Assembly: GCA_030425925.1 (NCBI GenBank)
Contig: JAUHZO010000002.1
Location: 262,541-326,540 of the forward strand
Direction of reading: 5' to 3'
Length of the DNA stretch: 64,000 nucleotides
From: Alphaproteobacteria bacterium
GTDB taxonomy: Bacteria > Pseudomonadota > Alphaproteobacteria > Rhodobacterales > Rhodobacteraceae
Under the pieces are notes generated by a model, which ran no database searches, was not told the DNA's origin, and worked only from the letters and a program-made list of their open reading frames with translations. Below, in pieces: positions 58,544 to 64,000 of the stretch; position 1 is the stretch's first letter; the number at the start of each line of letters is the position of its first letter. A program made the position numbers and the translations under genes.

Positions 58544-59209
58544 TCAGGCCTTTCCGATCTTGCGTGCCATCACCGTTTCAAGCCAGCGCATGAACGGCGT
58601 CACGATCAGGCGGGCGAAGATGTAGTAGATGATCAGCGCCGTCCCGAAGGCCTGCGCCGACAGGAAGGTGGAGCCGTTGATCTGCTTGGCCTCGAACATC
58701 AGGTCCGCCACCGAGATCAGCGACACGAGGGCCGTGCCCTTGAGCAGTTCGATCAGCAGGTTGCCCCAGGGCGGCAGCATGTTGACCAGCGCCTGCGGCA
58801 GGATGATCCGCCACATTCGCCTGGCCGGGGACATCGACAGCGCATAGGCGGCCTCCCACTGGCCCTTGGGCACCGACTGGATGCCGCCGCGCACCAGCTC
58901 TGCGCCATAGGCCCCGAGATTCATGCCCACCGCGACGAACCCGGCGGTGAATTTTTCCAGCGTGATCCCGAAAAGGGGCAGGACGAAGAAGATCCAGTAC
59001 AACTGGACCAGCAGCGAGGTGCCGCGGAAGATCTCGATATAGACCACCGCCGGCGTGCGGATCAGCGCATTGTCCGACAGCTTCATCAGCCCCGCCACCA
59101 GCGCGATGGCGATGGCGAGCGCGGCGGAGAGAAAGAACTGGCCCGCCGTGATCAGCGTGCCGTCAAGGAACCGGCCGCCATGTTCGGCCAGGAATTCCCA
59201 ATAGGACAT
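58544..59209 (-). CDS. ehuC: Ectoine/hydroxyectoine ABC transporter permease
   Basis: Paralogous polar-amino-acid permease. 221 aa. Confidence 0.8.
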   Translation of the reverse strand: MSYWEFLAEHGGRFLDGTLITAGQFFLSAALAIAIALVAGLMKLSDNALIRTPAVVYIEIFRGTSLLVQLYWIFFVLPLFGITLEKFTAGFVAVGMNLGAYGAELVRGGIQSVPKGQWEAAYALSMSPARRMWRIILPQALVNMLPPWGNLLIELLKGTALVSLISVADLMFEAKQINGSTFLSAQAFGTALIIYYIFARLIVTPFMRWLETVMARKIGKA

Positions 59210-59277
59210 CGTCCCGCCTGTCTGTCTGGGTCAGAAAAAGGGGGCAGGCCGGCGCGGCCCGCCCCGCAAGGCAGGGG

Positions 59278-60108
59278 TCAGCGGTTTTCGCAGACCCACG
59301 CGGTGGTCTTGTCGTCGGGCAGGGCACCTTCGCCGTAACCGTATTCCGCCACCGAGGCGAGCATCGCCTCGGAGCCGAGATACTCGGCCTGCGCGGCGTT
59401 GAAGGCGTCGCGGAAATCGGTGTCGGCGTCGCGGAAGCCGATGCCGACCCAGTTGGCCCCGTCCACCGGCTGCTTGGCCGCGTCGGACAGTTCCACGTCG
59501 TCAAGCCCGGCCACCAGGTTGGCGCCGGTGAAATAGGTCACCGCCCCGGCATCGGCACGGTTGGCCCGAACGGCGGCCAGGATTTCGGTGGGGCCGGGCA
59601 CTTCCATGATGTTCTCGACACCCGCCTCCCTGGCGACCTTGATCGAGTTGTAGCCCGCGCCGGTGACCAGCGTCGCCCCGGCGGCGGCGATGTCGTCCAT
59701 GTTGTGCAGGCCCTTTTCGTTGCCCGCAGGCACGATGAGGATGTCGCCCACCTTGGCCATCGGGTCCGAGAACGCGACGTTTTCGCAGCGCTCCTTGAGG
59801 ATGTACATGCCGCCGGTGATGATGTCGAAGCGGCCCGCCTTCAGGCCCGGGATCAGACCACCCCAGTCGGTTACGACGGGTTCGATGTTGTCATGGCCCA
59901 TTTCGGACAGCACGCCCAGCACGTGGGCGTTGACAAAGCCCAGCGGCGCGTTGCCTTCGCCGGGATAGGCCCAGGGCACCTCGTTGGCAAAGCCGATGCG
60001 GATCGTCTCGCCCGCGTCGATGCGCTCCTGCAGCGGCCCGGCCACGGCAGCCGCGGCGCTCAGCGCCAGCGCGGCGCTGGCGCCAAGAAGGATGGATTTG
60101 ATGGTCAT
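59278..60108 (-). CDS. ehuB: Ectoine/hydroxyectoine ABC transporter substrate-binding protein
   Basis: Periplasmic SBP_bac_3 fold with a signal peptide (MTIKSILLGASAALALSAAAAVA). GGGAGA RBS. Confidence 0.8.
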   Translation of the reverse strand: MTIKSILLGASAALALSAAAAVAGPLQERIDAGETIRIGFANEVPWAYPGEGNAPLGFVNAHVLGVLSEMGHDNIEPVVTDWGGLIPGLKAGRFDIITGGMYILKERCENVAFSDPMAKVGDILIVPAGNEKGLHNMDDIAAAGATLVTGAGYNSIKVAREAGVENIMEVPGPTEILAAVRANRADAGAVTYFTGANLVAGLDDVELSDAAKQPVDGANWVGIGFRDADTDFRDAFNAAQAEYLGSEAMLASVAEYGYGEGALPDDKTTAWVCENR

Positions 60109-60287
60109 GGCAGGTCTCCCGGTTGGATTTCTGTTGACGCGTCGTCGTGTGCGACGTCTATGTTGTGTACAGCACCACGCGGCCAGAGATTCTGTCAAGG
60201 AAACACCACCGGTTTTTCACCGGAAAATCGGGGGTTGACCGGATCTTGGTCGGCGGTGCCTTCCATGCTGTACACATTGAGGAAAAC

Positions 60288-61472
60288 ATGCCTGCTGGAA
60301 ACGCGCCTTTCAGCGCCGCCGAATACGACCGGCGGATTGCCATCACCCGGGCCGAGATGGCCCGACGCGGCATCGACGTCCTGTTCACCGTGGACCCCTC
60401 GAACCAGGCCTGGCTGACCGGCTATGACGGCTGGTCGTTCTACGTGCATCAGGGGGTGATCCTGGCGCAGGAGGGCGCGCCGGTCTGGTGGGGCCGGTTC
60501 CAGGATGCCAACGGTGCGCGCCGCACGGTCTGGATGACGCCCGACGACATCCTGGGCTATGCCGACAGCTATGTGCAGTCCGACAGCTGCCACCCGATGC
60601 AGGACCTTGCAGGCCATCTCAAGGCGCGGGGCTTCGAACGGGCGCGGATCGGCGTCGAGATGGAGAACTACTATTACTCTGCCAAGGCCCATGCGGTGCT
60701 GTGCGAAGAGATGCCGGCAGCGACGTTTGTCGACGCCACGGCGCTGGTCAACTGGCAGCGCGGGCCGAAATCCGAGGAAGAGATCACCTTCATCCGCCGC
60801 GCCGCGCGGATTTCGGAGCATATCGCGACGCTGGCCATCGAACGGGCCGAGCCGGGCATGCGCAAGAACGAACTGGTGGGCGACATCCTGCAGGCGGCCT
60901 GCTACGGCGTGGACGACATCTGGGGCGATTACGCCGCAATCGTGCCGCTGACCCCGTCGGGTGCCGATGCCTCGGCCCCGCACCTGACCTGGAACGGCGA
61001 CGAGATGCGCCGCGGCGAGGCGACGTTCTTTGAACTGTCGGGCTGTTATCGCCGTTACCACGCGCCGCTGTGCCGGTCGGTGCATCTGGGCCCGGCCCCG
61101 CAGAAGATGCTGGACGCCTCCGAGGCCCTGACCGCCGGGCTGGAGGCCGGGCTGGAGGCGGCGCGCGCAGGCAACCGCGCCTGCGACATCGCCAACGCGC
61201 TGGGGGCCGAACTGGCCCGCGCGGGGATCGAGCGCGGCGCGCGCTGCGGCTATCCCATCGGCCTGAGCTATCCGCCCGACTGGGGCGAGCGCACCGTCAG
61301 CCTGCGCAGCACCGATGAAACCGTGCTGGTGCCGGGCATGACCTTCCACTTCATGCCCGGTTTGTGGATGGAGGATTGGGGGCTGGAGACCACCGAAACC
61401 ATCCTGATCCGCGACACCGGCCCGGCCGAGGCGCTGTGCAACGTGCCGCGCAAGCTGTTCGTCAAGGACTGA
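60288..61472 (+). CDS. M24-family metallopeptidase-fold hydrolase (creatinase/Xaa-Pro-peptidase-like), second copy
   Basis: Creatinase-N-like domain plus the M24 catalytic domain. Divergent from ehuB. GAGGAAA RBS. Confidence 0.75.
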   Translation: MPAGNAPFSAAEYDRRIAITRAEMARRGIDVLFTVDPSNQAWLTGYDGWSFYVHQGVILAQEGAPVWWGRFQDANGARRTVWMTPDDILGYADSYVQSDSCHPMQDLAGHLKARGFERARIGVEMENYYYSAKAHAVLCEEMPAATFVDATALVNWQRGPKSEEEITFIRRAARISEHIATLAIERAEPGMRKNELVGDILQAACYGVDDIWGDYAAIVPLTPSGADASAPHLTWNGDEMRRGEATFFELSGCYRRYHAPLCRSVHLGPAPQKMLDASEALTAGLEAGLEAARAGNRACDIANALGAELARAGIERGARCGYPIGLSYPPDWGERTVSLRSTDETVLVPGMTFHFMPGLWMEDWGLETTETILIRDTGPAEALCNVPRKLFVKD

Positions 61473-61476
61473 CGGC

Positions 61477-62640
61477 ATGAGCCGGCTGGAAGACAGCATC
61501 GCGCTGCTGAACGAACTCGTTGCCTTTCCGACGGTGTCGTCCGACAGCAATCTGGCGATGATCGAGAACCTGGCCAACTGGCTGGAGGATGCCGGCGCGC
61601 GGGTCGATCTGTTTCATGACGAGACCGGGGCCAAGGCCAACCTGTTTGCCACCATCGGTCCCGAGACCGATGGTGGCATCGTGCTGTCGGGCCATTCCGA
61701 CGTGGTGCCGGTCACCGACCAGGACTGGACCAACGATCCGTTCGACATGATCCGCCGCGACGGCAAGCTGTATGGTCGCGGCACCTGCGACATGAAGGGC
61801 TTTATCGCCGCCGCGGTGACCATGGCCCCGGCCTTTGCCCAGCTCGGGCCACGCCGCCCGGTGCATTTCGCCTTTACCTATGACGAAGAGATCGGCTGCG
61901 TCGGCGCCCAGGCGCTGGTGGATTCGCTGCGCGCCCGTGGCCTGCGCCCGTCGGCGGCGATCATCGGAGAGCCGACCTCGATGCGGATCATCGAAGGGCA
62001 CAAGGGCTGTTGCGAATACACCACCCGGTTCGAAGGGCTGGCGGGCCACGGCTCGGCCCCCGATCGCGGCGTGAACGCGGTGGAGTTTGCCGTGCGCTAC
62101 GTCAGCCGCCTGATGGAGCTGCGCGAGCAGCTCAAGCGGCGCGCCCCTGCCGACAGCCGGTTCGATCCGCCCTGGACGACGATCAACACCGGATCGGTCC
62201 ATGGCGGGATTGCGCATAACGTGATCGCCGATCACGCCTCGGTGGAATGGGAAATGCGCCCGGTGCAGGCCGACGACGCGGCCTTTGTGCGCGAGGACCT
62301 GCGCGCCTATGTGTATGACGCGCTGCTGCCGGCGATGCAGGCGGTCTGGCCGGAGGCAACGATCCATACCGAGGTGATGGGCGAGGTCGACGGGCTGGAA
62401 CCCACCGAAACCAACGAGGCGCGCCGCATCGTGGCGGAACTGACCGGGGCGAACACCGCCGACCTGGTGGCCTTCGGCACCGAGGCGGGGCTGTTCCAGT
62501 CGCTGGGCATGGATGTGGTGGTCTGCGGGCCCGGCTCCATCGAGCAGGCGCACAAGCCCGACGAGTTCCTCGAGATCGCGCAGCTGTCGGCCTGCGTCGA
62601 CATGCTGGAACGGCTGGGCGGCAAGCTGGCGGCGGCATGA
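61477..62640 (+). CDS. M20-family amidohydrolase (ArgE / acetylornithine-deacetylase-like)
   Basis: M20 metal-binding motifs (GHSDVVP; GRGTCDMKG; EE pair). Only 4 bp downstream of the M24 gene. Confidence 0.8.
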   Translation: MSRLEDSIALLNELVAFPTVSSDSNLAMIENLANWLEDAGARVDLFHDETGAKANLFATIGPETDGGIVLSGHSDVVPVTDQDWTNDPFDMIRRDGKLYGRGTCDMKGFIAAAVTMAPAFAQLGPRRPVHFAFTYDEEIGCVGAQALVDSLRARGLRPSAAIIGEPTSMRIIEGHKGCCEYTTRFEGLAGHGSAPDRGVNAVEFAVRYVSRLMELREQLKRRAPADSRFDPPWTTINTGSVHGGIAHNVIADHASVEWEMRPVQADDAAFVREDLRAYVYDALLPAMQAVWPEATIHTEVMGEVDGLEPTETNEARRIVAELTGANTADLVAFGTEAGLFQSLGMDVVVCGPGSIEQAHKPDEFLEIAQLSACVDMLERLGGKLAAA

Positions 62641-63338
62641 GCCGCGCGCTGCCGCTGCCCGCCTCGGCGCGCGACCGGCTGACCTGGCTGCATGCCGAGT
62701 TGCGCGACCGGATCTGCTTTCTCGATTACGAACCGGGCACCCGGCTGTCCGAAGAGGCACTGGCCGAGGAATTCGGCATCAGCCGCACGCCGTTGCGCCG
62801 CGCCCTGGCGCGGCTGGAGGACGAAGGCCTGGTGCGGGTGGTGCAGGGGGTGGGCACGCTGGTGACCGATGTGGACATCGAGGAACTGGCGCAGGTCTAT
62901 TCGCTGCGGATGGAACTGGCCGAGATGATGGCGCGGCTTGACCCTGCGCCGCTGACGCCGGCGCTGCTGGACAGTTTTCGCGCCTTCGTGCCGCGCTGCG
63001 ACGGGCTGCGCCGCAACGGCTCGCCGCGCGAATTCACCCGGATCAACCGCGATTTCTTTCACGCGCTGCTGCTGCTGACCGAAAACGAACATCTGCGCGC
63101 CATCAGCGAGCGGCTGTATTACGCCACCTCGCGCATCTGGCTGAAATCGGTCTTTGCGTCGCGGGTCGATCTGGCGGTCGAGATCGAGGTGTTCTGCAAG
63201 GAGGTCGAGGACATCGTTGCGGCGCTGGACCTGGGCGACAGGTCGTCCGCCGCGCTGTTGCGGCGGGCCCATATCTCGATGAGCTTTGCGCGTCTGCGGC
63301 GCGGGGCCGGGGCCGGGGATCAGCGGCCCACGGCATAG
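62637..63338 (+). CDS. GntR-family transcriptional regulator (FadR/FCD subfamily)
   Basis: N-terminal GntR HTH (LSEEALAEEFGISRTPLRRALARLEDEGLV) and an FCD C-terminal domain. ATGA overlap with the M20 gene. Confidence 0.8.
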   Translation: MSRALPLPASARDRLTWLHAELRDRICFLDYEPGTRLSEEALAEEFGISRTPLRRALARLEDEGLVRVVQGVGTLVTDVDIEELAQVYSLRMELAEMMARLDPAPLTPALLDSFRAFVPRCDGLRRNGSPREFTRINRDFFHALLLLTENEHLRAISERLYYATSRIWLKSVFASRVDLAVEIEVFCKEVEDIVAALDLGDRSSAALLRRAHISMSFARLRRGAGAGDQRPTA

Positions 63339-64000
63339 GCCTGCATCAGCCGCGGCGTTGCCGCCGCCCGCAACAGCCCGTCGGCGCGGCGGCTGGCCGC
63401 GGTCAGGCGGCCCACGCTCCAGGGGTCTGCCACCTCCAGCTTGTGCCCGCGCCCGGTCAGATCGTCGATCACCCCGGGGCCGAAGGCGGGCTCGATCATC
63501 AGGTGGCCGGGCCGGATGTCGCGCGGATAGAACGAGGCCTGCAGATGGCCGGTATGGAACAGCGGGGCGTCGATGGCTTCCTGCAGGTTCGCCCCGCCAT
63601 GCACCAGCCGCAGAAGGAAGATCAGCTGCCACTGGTCCTGCTGGTCGCCGCCCGGCGTGCCGAAGGCGTGCCATGTGCCGTCGGGTGCCCGCGCCATCGA
63701 CGGCGAAAGCGTGGTGCGCGGGCGGCGTCCGGGGGCCAGCGCGCCGGGCACGTCTTCGTCCAGCCAGAACATCTGTGCCCGCGTGTTCAGCGGCATGCCC
63801 AGCCCCGGCACCACCGGCGAGGATTGCAGCCAGCCGCCCGAGGGCGTGGCGGATACCGCGTTGCCCCACCGGTCGATCACGTCGACATGCACCGTGTCGC
63901 CGCGGTGTTCCGTCAGATGCGCCATGGTGGGCTCGCCCGCGCCGATGCCCGGGCCGGCGTCGGTTTCGGTCCGCGCCCGGACGATGGCGGCCTCGGCCCA
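63320..64000 (-). CDS. ggt: Gamma-glutamyltransferase (C-terminal part; gene runs off the window edge)
   Basis: Small-subunit region carrying the nucleophile Thr context (GDTVHVDVIDRWGNAVS). The 5' portion lies beyond position 64000. Confidence 0.7.
   Translation of the reverse strand, partial: WAEAAIVRARTETDAGPGIGAGEPTMAHLTEHRGDTVHVDVIDRWGNAVSATPSGGWLQSSPVVPGLGMPLNTRAQMFWLDEDVPGALAPGRRPRTTLSPSMARAPDGTWHAFGTPGGDQQDQWQLIFLLRLVHGGANLQEAIDAPLFHTGHLQASFYPRDIRPGHLMIEPAFGPGVIDDLTGRGHKLEVADPWSVGRLTAASRRADGLLRAAATPRLMQAYAVGR

Overview
High-GC (about 65%) alphaproteobacterial, Rhodobacteraceae-like chromosomal window. It is densely coding with standard housekeeping and catabolic genes and shows no CRISPR array, rRNA, integrase or transposase.

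Gene content from start to end:
- ABC peptide-type substrate-binding protein, membrane-anchored cytochrome c, pheA.
- A divergent pair of an NAD-dependent 3-hydroxyisobutyrate-dehydrogenase-family oxidoreductase and a reductive-dehalogenase (RdhA)-superfamily protein, followed by ogt.
- An orphan TadE/TadE/TadG(vWA) pseudopilin trio.
- The preT-preA reductive pyrimidine operon.
- A large beta-oxidation locus: fadB/J, two NTF2-like/cupin genes embedded before fadA, a GST, two acyl-CoA dehydrogenases flanking a tiny ribbon-helix-helix (RHH)-like ORF, two tandem MerR (LiuR-like) regulators, and two PaaI thioesterases.
- A MATE exporter with a translationally coupled P-loop sulfotransferase-like gene.
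- trpB, then a 900-bp non-coding stretch containing a 32-bp perfect inverted repeat, an intrinsic terminator and a cluster of tRNA-like elements including a near-complete tRNA-Asn(GUU)-like sequence.
- An SPFH protein, two tandem PepSY-like secreted proteins with poly-Asp tails, a membrane LuxR-type regulator, DUF2237, a beta-lactamase-family hydrolase, pth-rplY, an MFS transporter, lldD, MaoC, trpA (convergent and 10.6 kb from trpB), an SDR epimerase, ppk2, DUF2461, a second MATE, a VOC protein and ychF.
- A complete ectoine biosynthesis operon (ectR-ectABC-ask) lying immediately convergent to an ectoine/hydroxyectoine uptake and catabolism cluster (ehuBCDA-eutB-eutC-M24 hydrolase-aminotransferase), plus a divergent M24-M20-GntR module and a partial ggt at the window edge.

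Most interesting unexplained signals:
- A 28-nt repeat family (GGGGTATTTTCNCCAAGAAGAAG) in four copies, two of them arranged as a MITE-like inverted pair in the fatty-acid locus.
- The NTF2/cupin genes inside the fadA-fadB operon.
- The tRNA-like scar cluster downstream of trpB.
- The atypical composition of the eut module.

Coordinate caveat: the ORF track and my reading of the printed sequence disagree by one nucleotide in a few places (around 11100-11220 and 54947), so treat all coordinates as plus or minus 1.
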